DNA of 64,000 bases, from positions 1,233-65,232 of the forward strand of contig JASHPE010000213.1 of NCBI GenBank assembly GCA_030038235.1, given 5' to 3'. Below the pieces are notes generated by a model. That model searched no databases. It was not told where the DNA came from and was given only the letters and a program-made list of their open reading frames with translations. Both the position numbers and the translations under genes were made by a program. The stretch comes from Terriglobia bacterium. Its GTDB lineage: Bacteria > Acidobacteriota > Terriglobia > UBA7540. Shown piece after piece: positions 1-10,348 of this stretch (position 1 is its first letter; the number at the start of each line of letters is the position of its first letter).

Positions 1-2
1 TG

Positions 3-881
3 CGCTGGCCGGATGGCAAGATCACTTGCCCGCGTTGCGGTTCAGAGGACGTGCAATATCTACCGAACGCTCGCGTCTTCAAGTGCTATCAGAAGCATCA
101 GCGTCAGAAGTTCTCGCTCAAGGTCGGCACCGTGTTTGAGGACTCGCCGCTCCCGCTCGAAAAGTGGCTCCCGGTTGTGTGGATGCTGGCGAACTGCAAG
201 AATGGCGTTTCTTCCTACGAAATTCACCGCGACATCCATGTGACCCAGAAGACCGCGTGGTTCATGCTTCAGCGTGCGCGGCTGGCGATGCAATCCAACA
301 CTGGCGGCAAGCTAGGCGGAGAGGGTAAGGAAATCGAAGTTGACGAATCATTCATCGGCGGGAAGTCGCGGAACATGCACGTTTCACAGCGCAGACGGCG
401 CATCACCGGAACTGGCGGGAAGGACAAAACCGCCGTCATGGGAATCTTGGAGCGGGAAGGAAAGATTCGCACCATCGTTGTTGAGAATCGGCGCAAGGCT
501 ACGCTGCAAGCGGAAGTGAAACAGCACGTCGAAGCCGGGTCTGCGCTCTACACGGATGAGCTTCTGTCCTACGAGGGACTCGCCGGGCAGTACGCGCACA
601 AGGTAATCAATCACGCTATAGCCTACGTGGACGGGCAAGTCCACACAAACGGACTAGAAAACTTTTGGTCGCTCTTGAAGCGCGGACTCAAAGGAACCTA
701 CGTTTCAGTCGAGCCATATCACCTATTCCGCTATCTTGATGAGCAGTCTTTTCGCTACAACAACCGCGCCAAGGAGCTTGGCGACTCAGGCAGGTTTTTG
801 GCGGCAATGCAGCAAATAGTCGGTAAGAGACTTACCTACAGGGAACTTATCGGCAAGGAGGTGGAAACGACAAACGGCTAA
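3..881 (+). CDS. IS1595-family (ISXO2-like) transposase, 5' end cut by window edge
   Basis: The reading frame is open from base 3 (RWPDGKITCPRCGSEDV... zinc ribbon). It continues with an HTH-like 'KWLPVVWMLANCKNGVSSYEIHRDIHVTQKTAWFMLQR' and a core 'IEVDESFIGGK...TDELLSYEGL...HAIAYVDGQVHTNGLENFWSLLKRGLKGTY' typical of ISXO2-like DDE transposases. Confidence 0.8.
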   Translation, partial: RWPDGKITCPRCGSEDVQYLPNARVFKCYQKHQRQKFSLKVGTVFEDSPLPLEKWLPVVWMLANCKNGVSSYEIHRDIHVTQKTAWFMLQRARLAMQSNTGGKLGGEGKEIEVDESFIGGKSRNMHVSQRRRRITGTGGKDKTAVMGILEREGKIRTIVVENRRKATLQAEVKQHVEAGSALYTDELLSYEGLAGQYAHKVINHAIAYVDGQVHTNGLENFWSLLKRGLKGTYVSVEPYHLFRYLDEQSFRYNNRAKELGDSGRFLAAMQQIVGKRLTYRELIGKEVETTNG

Positions 882-915
882 AAATACCGCGCGAGGGAAG
901 AGGAAAGAGAACGCG

Positions 916-1104
916 CTAAGGCTTTCTCTTCGGTCCGCGTCGATTCGGATTCTTCTGAGATTCAATTCGATGTGTCTCGATGCCGCGCTTAACTTCCGAA
1001 TGAGACGCGGACAGCACCCGCCTCATGGCCGTCTCGAATCGTCGCCACGCCTCTACTCCCTCAATGTATTGCGGAACCTTTTTGGGTTTCGACAGGTTGA
1101 CCAC
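916..1104 (-). CDS. small basic hypothetical protein (62 aa)
   Basis: Last ORF of the minus-strand islet. It overlaps the end of the 158-aa ORF by 44 nt. Lys/Arg-rich tail; no recognisable domain. Confidence 0.4.
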   Translation of the reverse strand: MVNLSKPKKVPQYIEGVEAWRRFETAMRRVLSASHSEVKRGIETHRIESQKNPNRRGPKRKP

Positions 1105-1537
1105 CTTTCGGGAAAAGGTACTCCATGCGTATGATTATTGGCGGAGCTTCAATGCGACGTCCATCACGCTCAATCCACACCGCCAACCTGTAGTCCCCTT
1201 CTTGTCCGATAGGGAACCCCAGCATCCTGCTCGTCAGTTGCTGATTTCTCTTTTCGGAAAAAGTAAACTTTGCTTCGGCTATCTTGATGTACGGTCTTCC
1301 ATCGGGATAAGATAACTCGCCGCTGTACGTGAACTCCCTTCCTTCATCGCCATCCTCCTGTTGCCATATTGAAAAGGCGTACCACTCCTTTGGTACGACA
1401 GCGTTAGCTGGTATCGACGTTTCGCCAGGCGGCAACTCAGTAATAGAAAACTTACTGAACAGCCTTATAAGAGATGCGACTTCCTCTTTGTCTATGACAA
1501 CCAGTTCGCATACCGCGAATAACTTTAGGCTAGGCAT
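1061..1537 (-). CDS. hypothetical protein (158 aa)
   Basis: Starts 15 nt downstream of the zinc-ribbon ORF. Beta-rich sequence ('GDYRLAVWIERDGRRI'). Lower GC than surrounding genes. Function unknown. Confidence 0.55.
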   Translation of the reverse strand: MPSLKLFAVCELVVIDKEEVASLIRLFSKFSITELPPGETSIPANAVVPKEWYAFSIWQQEDGDEGREFTYSGELSYPDGRPYIKIAEAKFTFSEKRNQQLTSRMLGFPIGQEGDYRLAVWIERDGRRIEAPPIIIRMEYLFPKGGQPVETQKGSAIH

Positions 1538-1552
1538 GTTAGCTAAATTTCT

Positions 1553-1882
1553 TCAAGCGGCGGCAGCAAGGGAAAATCCCGAATAGATCCTGCTGGTGGT
1601 GCAATCGACCACCAAGTCAACGGAAGTTCTGATATCGGCGACGAATTTAGGAACGTCGTTTGCGTGGTTCGCCTCAATCAACTGAACCCAAGGATTCCAG
1701 TATTCGGGCGGTCGCCTAAAGAACCAAGGTGCGCCACGGGCAATCCACGCGCTCCTTAATTGCTCATGGGTCTTGAACTGATCGTCGTTGCCGAACTCGG
1801 TTCCACAGCACAAACAGATATGGTAGTCGTCTGGAGGGTAAGGAAGTTGGTCGTAGAAGCAAACCGGACACTTGAATGTCAT
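1553..1882 (-). CDS. zinc-ribbon protein, CPCC-like cysteine-rich domain
   Basis: 'FKCPVCFYDQLPYPPDDYHICLCCGTEFGNDD' gives a CPxC...CxxC pattern. The ATG at 1882 overlaps the upstream stop as ATGA, indicating translational coupling. The track ORF starts at 1900. Confidence 0.6.
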   Translation of the reverse strand: MTFKCPVCFYDQLPYPPDDYHICLCCGTEFGNDDQFKTHEQLRSAWIARGAPWFFRRPPEYWNPWVQLIEANHANDVPKFVADIRTSVDLVVDCTTSRIYSGFSLAAAA

Positions 1883-2193
1883 AGATCGACCCTCGCGCAT
1901 TCATACGCGAAAAACGGCTCTTTGCCTCCCCTTCCGAGCAACACAGAAACATCCACCCGGTAAAAGGTCCTCACGCATATTGGATGCTGGCGGGCGACTC
2001 CAAACTTCTCCGTAACGAAGCCAAATCTGACCCTGTCGCCCCTAGGACGAACACACTCCCTCGCGTCCCCCGCGATCGACCCGAACATAAATTCATCGGC
2101 CATTCTCTCATAATCGTGAGCCGTGGCGGCTCCGCAACGGCGACCGTGACGCAGGAAGTGTGTGTCACGCTGAAGATCGTCGATGAAAGGCAT
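1879..2193 (-). CDS. hypothetical protein (104 aa), first gene of islet operon
   Basis: ATG at 2193 lies downstream of an AT-rich putative promoter region (2194-2340). Its stop overlaps the start of the next ORF. No domain recognised with confidence. Confidence 0.5.
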   Translation of the reverse strand: MPFIDDLQRDTHFLRHGRRCGAATAHDYERMADEFMFGSIAGDARECVRPRGDRVRFGFVTEKFGVARQHPICVRTFYRVDVSVLLGRGGKEPFFAYECARVDL

Positions 2194-2430
2194 GTTGAAA
2201 GACGTTGTTTATACCATGCCACAATCCATGATATCAAGTTTAAAAGGATTGCATTACATTTGATTGCACGCGGTAGGGCCTATTGGCTGCTCGTGTCAGT
2301 CAAGTATATTCTTACCGAAATTAGGACACCACCAGGCTGCCTACGTTGCATTGCCGCCCGCTTCGGTGTACGCTAACCGGGCGGCCGGGGATGGCAGATC
2401 CCGGTTAGTCCGCTCGCACAAGGAATCCGC

Positions 2431-3951
2431 ATGAACCGCCCGTTCAAGATTTGGCATGGCCGCAAGACGCTGGCTTTTCTCGTGGTGGCGTTGGCATCGT
2501 TCAGCACGCTGGCGCTTGGGCAGTACACTCTGCAGCAGATCAGCATCGACAATCTCACCAATTCCGACAGCGATCATAAGACTGAAGTCGAACCCCACAT
2601 TTTCTCCTGGGGCAACACGATGGTGAGCGCGTTTCACGTGGCGCGCCGTCCGGGCTCGATCGGCTGGGGCAGCGGCGACATCGGTTTCGCAACCTCGACG
2701 GACGGCGGCAGCACCTGGATGCACGGCGATCTGCCCGGGCTGACCGTGAACTACGGGAACGGCAAGTTCGGCGCCGAAGCCGATCCCGCCGTGGCCTACG
2801 ACGCGAAGCACGGCATCTGGATGATCGTTTCGCTGCCCCTCGTCGGCCTGAGCGAGAGTTCGGGCAAGATCGGCGACGTCGGGGTCAGCCGGTCAACCGA
2901 CGCGTTCCATTGGAACAGCGTGGTTCTGATCGACAAGACGGCCCTCGATGACAAGACCTGGATCGTGTGCGACAACAACTCGCAGAGCCCCTATTACGGC
3001 AACTGTTACGTGGAGTGGGACCAGGCTTTCGGCACAGGCGAAGTGCTGATGAGTGTGTCGAGCAACGGCGGACTGACGTGGACGCCCGGCCAACCGTCGT
3101 CCGACCACGCCGAGGGACTTGGCGGCGAGCCGCTGGTGCAGCCGAACGGCACGGTCGTAGTGCCCTTCGAAGGCACAGGCATCAACGCCTTCACGTCGAC
3201 GGACGGCGGCAGCACCTGGGGCAAGAGCGTGCTGGTCTCGAACATCGACTTCCACCTCGATGCAGGAGGCATCCGCGATCCGGATCTGCCGACTGCCGAC
3301 CTTGACGGCGCGGGCAACGTGTACGTGGGCTGGGCCGATTGCCGGTTCCGCACGAGCTGCGCCGAGAACGACATTGTGTACAGCAGCTCCGCGGACGGCG
3401 TGACTTGGGGGCCGGTTACACGCATTCCGATCGATCCGGTCACCAGCACCGTGGACCACTTCCTGCCCGGAATCGGAGTCGACCCGACCACTTCCGGCAC
3501 CGGTGGTCACCTGACCGTGGTCTACTACTACTATCCGGTGTCGAAGTGCGGCAACTCGTGCCAGCTCGACGTGGGCTTCAGTTCTTCCGAAGACGGCGGC
3601 TCTACGTGGTCGTCGGGCGTGCAACTGGCGGGTCCGATGCAGTTGAGCTGGCTGCCGGTGTCGGACGATGGTCCGATGGTGGCCGACTACATCGCCGTGT
3701 CGTACAATAACGGCAATCCGTACGGCGTCTTCGCGGTGGCGCAGGCTCCGACCGGGAGCACGTTGCACGAGGCTACCTACACCACCAAGCAGCCGCTTGC
3801 GCCTGCGGCCGGCGCGCAGCGCTTCAGCTCCAGCGCCGATCATCCTGTCCCGGGCGCGAAGTCGGATCACGAGATGATCTTTTACCTCGACGACGCGCAT
3901 CATCGGCCGATTCCTCAATCGAAGCTGACTGCGCCTGAGAACGAGAAGTAG
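2431..3951 (+). CDS. secreted BNR/Asp-box repeat protein (sialidase/exo-alpha-sialidase-like beta-propeller)
   Basis: N-terminal signal peptide (MNRPFKIWHGRKTLAFLVVALASFSTLALG). Five Asp-box motifs S-x-D-x-G-x-T-W are present: STDGGSTW, SNGGLTW, STDGGSTW, SADGVTW, SEDGGSTW. Confidence 0.85.
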   Translation: MNRPFKIWHGRKTLAFLVVALASFSTLALGQYTLQQISIDNLTNSDSDHKTEVEPHIFSWGNTMVSAFHVARRPGSIGWGSGDIGFATSTDGGSTWMHGDLPGLTVNYGNGKFGAEADPAVAYDAKHGIWMIVSLPLVGLSESSGKIGDVGVSRSTDAFHWNSVVLIDKTALDDKTWIVCDNNSQSPYYGNCYVEWDQAFGTGEVLMSVSSNGGLTWTPGQPSSDHAEGLGGEPLVQPNGTVVVPFEGTGINAFTSTDGGSTWGKSVLVSNIDFHLDAGGIRDPDLPTADLDGAGNVYVGWADCRFRTSCAENDIVYSSSADGVTWGPVTRIPIDPVTSTVDHFLPGIGVDPTTSGTGGHLTVVYYYYPVSKCGNSCQLDVGFSSSEDGGSTWSSGVQLAGPMQLSWLPVSDDGPMVADYIAVSYNNGNPYGVFAVAQAPTGSTLHEATYTTKQPLAPAAGAQRFSSSADHPVPGAKSDHEMIFYLDDAHHRPIPQSKLTAPENEK

Positions 3952-4176
3952 GGCACGAAAGCAGGTCTTAGCATCCGTCGCGCCGCCGTCTTGGCCCTAT
4001 TTGCGGGAGAGACGGCGGTGACCCTTCCCGGCCCCCGCCGTTGCCGACCCAAACAAGTCAGCGTGATCATCGTCACACCGCGAGGCAAAAAGCATCTGCT
4101 AGCATTTTCTGTTGACTGGGTGTGATAAGCTTTGCTGGTTAACAGCCCGCGACACCTGACAACGTGGCCATTGGGC

Positions 4177-5343
4177 ATGGAAGAGGCCAAGAACTTGAAC
4201 CCTTCGATTCTGCAGCGCAGCCAGTTGGACCTGCTGTTCGGGGCGCTGGCCGAGCGAGGCTATCGCGTGGTGGGGCCGACCGTCCGCGACGGCGCCATCG
4301 TTTACGACGACGTTCGGTCGTCCGCCGACCTGCCCGTGGGCTGGAAGGATGAGCAGGACGGCGGCAAGTACCGGCTGGTCCGGCGCGACGATCAGGCGGT
4401 ATTCGGCTACGCCGTCGGACCGCACTCCTGGAAGCGGTTTCTGCATCCTCCCCTGGTGCGACTGTGGCAGGCAACTCGCAAGAGCGGCGGCTTTGACGTC
4501 GCCGCCGAGCAGCATGAGCAGCGACTGACTGCATTCATCGGGGTTCGGGCCTGCGAACTCAACGCCATTCAAATCCAGGACAAGGTCTTCATGGGCGGAC
4601 CGCACGTGGATTCGGCCTACAAGGCCCGGCGCGAACGCGCTTTCCTGGTAGCCCTGAATTGCGGCCAGGCCAGCGGAACCTGCTTCTGCGTGTCCATGAA
4701 CACCGGACCGAAGGCCGAGAGGGGGTTTGATCTGGCCCTGACGGAGGTTTTGGAAGACGGCAGGCATTACTTCGTGGTTGAAGTGGGCAGCGAAACCGGA
4801 GCCGAAGTCGCAAACGCGCTGCCTCTCAGTCCCGCGAAGCCCGCCGATACTGCAGCCGCCGAGCGCGTGGTGACGCAAACCGCCTCCCAGATGGGCCGCA
4901 GCCTCGACACCACGGACATCAAGGAGTTGCTCTACCGCAACTATGAGAATCGACGCTGGGACGAGGTGGCGAATCGCTGCCTGACCTGCGCCAACTGCAC
5001 CATGGTCTGCCCTACGTGTTTCTGCACGACCATCGACGACGTGACCGATCTCACCGGAGAGCACGCCGAGCGTCAGCAGAAGTGGGATTCGTGCTTCACC
5101 ATGGACTTTTCCTACATCCACGGGGGCAGCATCCGGCCATCCGCCCGGTCACGCTATCGCCAGTGGATGACCCACAAGCTCGCGACCTGGATCGACCAGT
5201 TTGGCAGCTCCGGATGCGTGGGCTGCGGGCGCTGCATCACGTGGTGCCCGGTCGGGATCGACATCACCGAGGAAGCACGGGCCATCCGGCAAAGCGAGAT
5301 CGCCCCGCAGGCCGCCGCGAAGGAGGACGAAAATGGAGATTGA
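4177..5343 (+). CDS. Fe-S subunit of NAD(P)-linked hydrogenase (AsrA/HydB-like beta subunit, 4Fe-4S dicluster)
   Basis: Cys clusters '[16 protein letters not shown]' and '[17 protein letters not shown]'. First gene of the hydrogenase operon. The track ORF starts at TTG 4132; ATG 4177 is preferred. Confidence 0.8.
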   Translation: MEEAKNLNPSILQRSQLDLLFGALAERGYRVVGPTVRDGAIVYDDVRSSADLPVGWKDEQDGGKYRLVRRDDQAVFGYAVGPHSWKRFLHPPLVRLWQATRKSGGFDVAAEQHEQRLTAFIGVRACELNAIQIQDKVFMGGPHVDSAYKARRERAFLVALNCGQASGTCFCVSMNTGPKAERGFDLALTEVLEDGRHYFVVEVGSETGAEVANALPLSPAKPADTAAAERVVTQTASQMGRSLDTTDIKELLYRNYENRRWDEVANRCLTCANCTMVCPTCFCTTIDDVTDLTGEHAERQQKWDSCFTMDFSYIHGGSIRPSARSRYRQWMTHKLATWIDQFGSSGCVGCGRCITWCPVGIDITEEARAIRQSEIAPQAAAKEDENGD

Positions 5344-5824
5344 AACGCTCCGGACATTGCTCGCGGAGCATCCCTTCGCGCAGGGACTGGACAATCGCTA
5401 CGTCGATTTGTTGGTGGGCTGCGCGACCAACGTCCGGTTCCAGGCAGGCGAGTACATTTTCCGCGAAGGAGGCAACGCGGACCAGTTTTACCTGTTGCGC
5501 CATGGGCGCGCCGCCCTGGAAATTTACGCCGCCCAGCACGGGTCGATTACGGTCATGACCGTGGGCCAGGGTGAGATGGTGGGATGGTCCTGGCTGTTTC
5601 CACCTTACCGCTGGGTGTTTGACGCCCGAGCGCTGGAGCTCACGAGAGCCATCGCCCTCGACGGCAAATGCCTGCGGCAGAAATGCGAGCAGGACCACGA
5701 ACTCGGCTACGAACTGATGAAGCGGATCGTCCAGGTGCTGGAGCAGCGGTTGCAGGCCACACGCCTGCAACTTCTGAACCTGTACGACCTGCAGCCGCAG
5801 CCTGCGGAGGCGCGATCGCGATGA
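5333..5824 (+). CDS. cyclic-nucleotide-binding domain protein embedded in hydrogenase operon
   Basis: cNMP-binding fold signature ('[29 protein letters not shown]...GEMVGWSWL'). AAGGAGG Shine-Dalgarno ahead of ATG 5333. Overlaps both neighbours, with an ATGA overlap at 5821. Confidence 0.75.
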   Translation: MEIETLRTLLAEHPFAQGLDNRYVDLLVGCATNVRFQAGEYIFREGGNADQFYLLRHGRAALEIYAAQHGSITVMTVGQGEMVGWSWLFPPYRWVFDARALELTRAIALDGKCLRQKCEQDHELGYELMKRIVQVLEQRLQATRLQLLNLYDLQPQPAEARSR

Positions 5825-6651
5825 TGACGCATCCGATGGTCCCGGACCCGTGGAGGGTCCAGCGCGTACGCCGTGACACGGCGGATACCTTCACCATGGA
5901 ACTGGAATCCGCCAACGGCAAGCACTCGCTCGCCTTTGCGCCCGGCCAATTCAACATGCTGTACCTGTTCGGTGTGGGCGAAGTCCCGATTTCCATCAGC
6001 GGCGACCCGGCAAAGCCCGGGACATTGGTGCACACCACGCGCGAAGTGGGCACCGTAACGCGGGCCATGCGAAAGCTGAAGCCCTCGGATTGCATGGGCG
6101 TGCGCGGGCCCTTCGGCGTTGGCTGGCCGGTGACCGAAGCCCGCGGCGCCGACGTGGTGATCGTGGCGGGTGGCATCGGCCTGGCGCCGCTGCGTCCGGC
6201 GCTCTATCAACTGCTGGCGGCGCGGAATTACTATGGCAAAGTCGTGCTGCTTTACGGGACGCGCACACCGGCGGACATTCTCTTCCGGAAAGAGCTTCAG
6301 AACTGGCACTCGCGCTTCGACCTGGAGGTCCACGTCACGGTGGATCGCGCCATGGGCAACTGGCGAGGCAACGTGGGCGTGGTCACCACGCTCATCCCGC
6401 GCGCGCCGTTTGATCCCCACAGCACCGTGGCCATGGTCTGCGGCCCCGAGGTCATGATGCGCTTCACGGTGCAGGAACTGGAGAAGCGCGGCGTGGCGCT
6501 CGAAAACATTTATCTTTCCATGGAACGCAACATGAAGTGCGCAGCCGGCTTTTGCGGACATTGCCAATACGGGCCGACGTTCATCTGCAAGGACGGGCCG
6601 GTGTTTCGCTACGATCGCTTGCAGCCGCTGATGACAGTGCGCGAGATGTGA
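5821..6651 (+). CDS. FAD/NAD(P)-binding oxidoreductase with C-terminal 2Fe-2S (AsrB/HydG-like gamma subunit)
   Basis: Ferredoxin-reductase-type layout ('[20 protein letters not shown]', '[14 protein letters not shown]'). C-terminal '[12 protein letters not shown]' cluster motif. Confidence 0.8.
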   Translation: MMTHPMVPDPWRVQRVRRDTADTFTMELESANGKHSLAFAPGQFNMLYLFGVGEVPISISGDPAKPGTLVHTTREVGTVTRAMRKLKPSDCMGVRGPFGVGWPVTEARGADVVIVAGGIGLAPLRPALYQLLAARNYYGKVVLLYGTRTPADILFRKELQNWHSRFDLEVHVTVDRAMGNWRGNVGVVTTLIPRAPFDPHSTVAMVCGPEVMMRFTVQELEKRGVALENIYLSMERNMKCAAGFCGHCQYGPTFICKDGPVFRYDRLQPLMTVREM

Positions 6652-6660
6652 GTTGCTTCC

Positions 6661-6835
6661 AGGGCTGTTAGCGCCGGTGTCCTCACCGCGCACTGACAGT
6701 GGAAAATCGCCGGTGGGGACGCTGGTCAACAGCGGAAATCCGCCGGTGAGGACACCGGCGCGCTAACTGGAGAATCGCCGGTGAGGACACCGGCGCTAAC
6801 TGGAAAATCGCCGGTGAGGACACCGGCGCTACAGC
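6661..6835. repeat. REP-like hairpin array (unit CGCCGGTGAGGACACCGGCG)
   Basis: Three near-identical direct copies at roughly 30-36 nt spacing, plus one degenerate and one inverted copy. Each is an 8-bp stem (CGCCGGTG/CACCGGCG) with an AGGA loop. The same family recurs at 43290-43400. Confidence 0.75.
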
Positions 6836-6855
6836 GACGTGGTCGAGAGATTCTT

Positions 6856-7356
6856 ATGCCGATCGCCCTGGGCAAGCTTTCACCGCCTTCCGACGATAAG
6901 CGCTGGAAGATCGTGGGCGCCACCATGCGCCGCCACGGGTTCAGCCGGAACGCGCTGATTGAGACGCTGCACACCGTGCAGCAGTCGTTTGGATTTCTGG
7001 ATCGTCCCTCGCTCCAGTACGTGGCGCAATCCCTGCGCGTGCCTTTGAGCAAAGCGTTCGGCGTCGCCACGTTTTATCATTACTTCAGCCTCAAGCCGCC
7101 CGGCCAGCACACTTGCGTGGTGTGTCTCGGCACCGCCTGCTACATCAAAGGCGCGCCGCAACTGCTGGGCGAAGTGGAGCAGTCGCTCGGCATAGCGCCG
7201 GGAGAGACCACGCCCGACGGCCGCGTGTCAGTTCTGACGGCGCGCTGTGTGGGTTCGTGCAGCCTGGCGCCGGTGGCGCTGTTCGACGGCGAAGTCGCCG
7301 CCCGGCTGAGCGCCAAAGATATGCAGGGCCGGCTGCACAAGTGGGTTTCAGCATGA
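6856..7356 (+). CDS. hoxE: NAD-reducing hydrogenase diaphorase subunit HoxE (NuoE-like 2Fe-2S)
   Basis: NuoE/thioredoxin-like 2Fe-2S motifs '[13 protein letters not shown]' and '[12 protein letters not shown]'. ATG 6856 lies just after the REP array. The stop overlaps the hoxF start. Confidence 0.8.
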   Translation: MPIALGKLSPPSDDKRWKIVGATMRRHGFSRNALIETLHTVQQSFGFLDRPSLQYVAQSLRVPLSKAFGVATFYHYFSLKPPGQHTCVVCLGTACYIKGAPQLLGEVEQSLGIAPGETTPDGRVSVLTARCVGSCSLAPVALFDGEVAARLSAKDMQGRLHKWVSA

Positions 7357-8996
7357 CGCCCGAGCAACTGAGCCAGATCGGCGCCGACGAAGCTGCCGCC
7401 CGCGCCAGCGCGCCGCAGCGATTGTACGTCTGCATGGCCGCGGGCTGCATATCCTCGAGCAGCGACGCGGTCAAGAAGTCGCTGGAAGCCGCGGTGGCGG
7501 AGCGCGGGCTAAAGGGGACGTGCCCAGTGACGGGCGTGGGATGCATGGGACTGTGTTCGCGCGGCCCCTTGGTTTCGGCGGAGCCTGCAGGGATCCTCTA
7601 TCAGGATGTGAGCCCGGGCGATGCCGGCGAGATTGTCCAAAGTCTGTCCGGCGAACCCGTCGCGCGGCTGCAATGCTCCCGCGATCTGCCCTTCTTCAAG
7701 CGCCAGGTGGGCGTGGTGCTGGAAAACAGCGGCCGCATCGATCCGGAACGCCTCGAGGACTATGTGGCCGCGCAAGGTTACGAGGGGCTGGTGCAGGCGC
7801 TCACCGAGATGTCGCCGGCCGAAGTGATCGAGCAGGTCTCGCGCAGTGGGCTGCGCGGGCGGGGGGGCGCCGGATATCCCACGGGCTTGAAGTGGAGCAC
7901 CGTCGCCAAAGCCCAGGCGGCGACGAAGTACGTGGTCTGCAACGCCGACGAGGGCGATCCGGGCGCATTCATGGACCGCAGCGTGCTTGAAAGCGATCCG
8001 CAGCGCGTGCTCGAGGGCATGATCATCGCCGGTTACGCCGTCGGCGCCAGCCGCGGGTACATCTACGTGCGCGCCGAGTATCCGTTGGCCATCACACGGC
8101 TCAACGTCGCCATCCGCCAGGCCAAACATCACGGTCTGCTCGGAACGCAGATCGCCAACACCGAATTCGCTTTCGACATCGAGCTTCGTCTCGGCGCCGG
8201 CGCCTTCGTCTGCGGCGAGGAAACGGCGCTGATCGCCTCCATCGAAGGCGGGCGGGGTACGCCGCGTCCCCGGCCGCCATATCCGGCCCAGGCCGGCCTC
8301 TACGGCGCGCCCACGTTGATCAACAACGTCGAAACCTTCGCCAACATTCCGGCGATCATCCGCAAGGGCGGCGACTGGTACGCCGCCATGGGCACCGCGC
8401 GCAGCAAGGGCACCAAAGTTTTCGCTCTGACGGGCAAAATCAACTGCACGGGCTTGATCGAGGTCCCCATGGGAATGAGCTTGCGCGAGATCATCTTCGA
8501 GGTCGGCGGCGGAGTTCCCGAGGGACGCAAGTTCAAGGCGGTGCAGACGGGCGGACCTTCGGGCGGCTGCATCCCGGAACAATTCCTCGATATGCCGGTG
8601 GATTATGATTCCCTGGCCCAGGCCGGATCCATCATGGGCTCGGGCGGAATGATCGTGATGGACGATTCTTCCTGCATGGTCGATGTGGCCAAGTACTTCA
8701 TGGAATTCTGCATGAGCGAGTCCTGCGGCAAGTGCATTCCCTGCCGCGCGGGTACGGCGCAGATGTACGACCTGCTGGCCAAGATCTCCGAAGGCAGAGC
8801 CGGCATGGGTGATCTGGAGATGCTTGAGAATCTGTGCGACATGGTGAAGAACACCAGCTTGTGCGGACTCGGGCAGAGCGCGCCCAATCCCGTTCTCAGC
8901 ACGCTGCGCTATTTTCGCGACGAGTATCTGGCCCATATCCAAGAAAAGAGATGCCCGGCCGGCGTCTGCGCCATCAAGCAGGAGGCCAACGCATGA
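7353..8996 (+). CDS. hoxF: NAD-reducing hydrogenase diaphorase subunit HoxF (NuoF-like, FMN/NAD-binding)
   Basis: '[16 protein letters not shown]' FMN site, '[13 protein letters not shown]', and the 4Fe-4S motif '[13 protein letters not shown]'. ATGA overlap with hoxE. Confidence 0.9.
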   Translation: MTPEQLSQIGADEAAARASAPQRLYVCMAAGCISSSSDAVKKSLEAAVAERGLKGTCPVTGVGCMGLCSRGPLVSAEPAGILYQDVSPGDAGEIVQSLSGEPVARLQCSRDLPFFKRQVGVVLENSGRIDPERLEDYVAAQGYEGLVQALTEMSPAEVIEQVSRSGLRGRGGAGYPTGLKWSTVAKAQAATKYVVCNADEGDPGAFMDRSVLESDPQRVLEGMIIAGYAVGASRGYIYVRAEYPLAITRLNVAIRQAKHHGLLGTQIANTEFAFDIELRLGAGAFVCGEETALIASIEGGRGTPRPRPPYPAQAGLYGAPTLINNVETFANIPAIIRKGGDWYAAMGTARSKGTKVFALTGKINCTGLIEVPMGMSLREIIFEVGGGVPEGRKFKAVQTGGPSGGCIPEQFLDMPVDYDSLAQAGSIMGSGGMIVMDDSSCMVDVAKYFMEFCMSESCGKCIPCRAGTAQMYDLLAKISEGRAGMGDLEMLENLCDMVKNTSLCGLGQSAPNPVLSTLRYFRDEYLAHIQEKRCPAGVCAIKQEANA

Positions 8997-9712
8997 ACCC
9001 GGCAGCCCCCGACGTCAAAACGCTACGAATCGACGGCGTCGACGTGAGCGCGCGCGCCGACCAGACGGTGCTCGAGGCCGCGCGCGAGAAGGGCCTCTCG
9101 ATTCCGACCTTGTGCCACCTGGATGGCCTCAGCGACGTGGGGGCTTGCCGCTTGTGCCTGGTGGAAGTGAAAGGGACCTCGAAGCTGATGCCCGCTTGCG
9201 TGACCCGCGTGGAAGAAGGCATGGAGGTCACCACGCAGTCGGACCGGCTTCTGAAGTACCGCCGGATGATTCTGGAGTTGCTGTTCGCGGAGCGCAATCA
9301 TGTCTGCTCGGTATGCGTTGCCAACGGACATTGTGACCTGCAGTGGCTTGGTCAGGCGCACGGATTGACGCACGTCCAGTTCCCCTACCGGTACCCCAAG
9401 CTCAGCGTCGATGCCTCCCACATGCGGTTTGCCGTGGATCACAACCGCTGCATCCTGTGCACTCGTTGCGTGCGTGTATGCGACGAGGTCGAGGGCGCTC
9501 ACACCTGGGACGTCATGGGCCGCGGCATCGAGTCTTCGGTCATTACCGACTTGCAGCAGCCGTGGGGCGAGTCCGATACCTGCACGAGTTGCGGAAAATG
9601 CGTACAGGTGTGCCCCACGGGGGCGCTCTTTGAAAAGGGCCGGGCGCGATCCGTGGTGAAGGACCGCGATTTTCTGCCCTATCTTGCCATGATGCGGGAA
9701 GGAAAAAGATGA
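8993..9712 (+). CDS. hoxU: NAD-reducing hydrogenase diaphorase subunit HoxU (NuoG N-terminal-like Fe-S)
   Basis: 2Fe-2S '[19 protein letters not shown]', plus '[13 protein letters not shown]' and '[16 protein letters not shown]' clusters. Overlaps both neighbours. Confidence 0.85.
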   Translation: MNPAAPDVKTLRIDGVDVSARADQTVLEAAREKGLSIPTLCHLDGLSDVGACRLCLVEVKGTSKLMPACVTRVEEGMEVTTQSDRLLKYRRMILELLFAERNHVCSVCVANGHCDLQWLGQAHGLTHVQFPYRYPKLSVDASHMRFAVDHNRCILCTRCVRVCDEVEGAHTWDVMGRGIESSVITDLQQPWGESDTCTSCGKCVQVCPTGALFEKGRARSVVKDRDFLPYLAMMREGKR

Positions 9713-10242
9713 GCAAGGTTCGACTGGCGACCGTCTGGCTGGATGGCTGCTCGGGCTGCCACATGTCGTTCCTCGACATGGATGAGAGGCTGCTCGACCT
9801 CGCCGGAAGGATCGAACTGGTTTACAGCCCGCTGGTGGACTACAAGGAGTATCCGGAGAACGTGGATGTGGTGCTGGTGGAAGGGTCGATCAGCAGCGAG
9901 GAAGACCTCCACAAGATCAAGAAAATCAGGGAACGATCGAAGATATTGGTTTCGCTCGGCGATTGCGCTGTGACGGGGAACGTCCCGGCCATGCGGAACG
10001 CCTTCAAGACCGGTGATGTGCTGCGACGGGTTTACGTGGAGAACGTGTCCGTTCCTTCTCCGACACCCAACCAAGTGGTGCCCGCGCTCCTTCCGCGCGT
10101 CTGTCCGGTTCACGAGGTGGTGCCGGTAGATGTCTTCGTACCTGGGTGCCCGCCGTCGGCCGATACGATCTTTTTTACGTTAACCGAGCTCGTGGAGGGG
10201 CGGCGTCCGGACTTAACCGGCCGGACCCGTTTTGGGGCGTGA
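9709..10242 (+). CDS. hoxY: [NiFe]-hydrogenase small subunit HoxY (group 3d-like)
   Basis: NuoB/20-kDa-type small subunit with '[15 protein letters not shown]' and 'GCPP' motifs. 177 aa, with no Tat signal. Confidence 0.85.
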   Translation: MSKVRLATVWLDGCSGCHMSFLDMDERLLDLAGRIELVYSPLVDYKEYPENVDVVLVEGSISSEEDLHKIKKIRERSKILVSLGDCAVTGNVPAMRNAFKTGDVLRRVYVENVSVPSPTPNQVVPALLPRVCPVHEVVPVDVFVPGCPPSADTIFFTLTELVEGRRPDLTGRTRFGA

Positions 10243-10348
10243 GAGGTTGGAACTCCGAACGAAGCCGGAATGTGATTGATGGGAAAGGAATTCTCAGAAT
10301 GTCGCACCTATTCCGGAATCGAAACGCGGAGCGGGGAGCAAGTTAGCT

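Noticed and set aside
6661-6835. Possible CRISPR array (regularly spaced ~23-nt repeats)
   Set aside because: The repeats are self-complementary hairpins separated by only ~10-13 nt of near-identical 'spacer'. The same family occurs at 43290-43400, and no cas genes are nearby. This is a REP-type array, not CRISPR.
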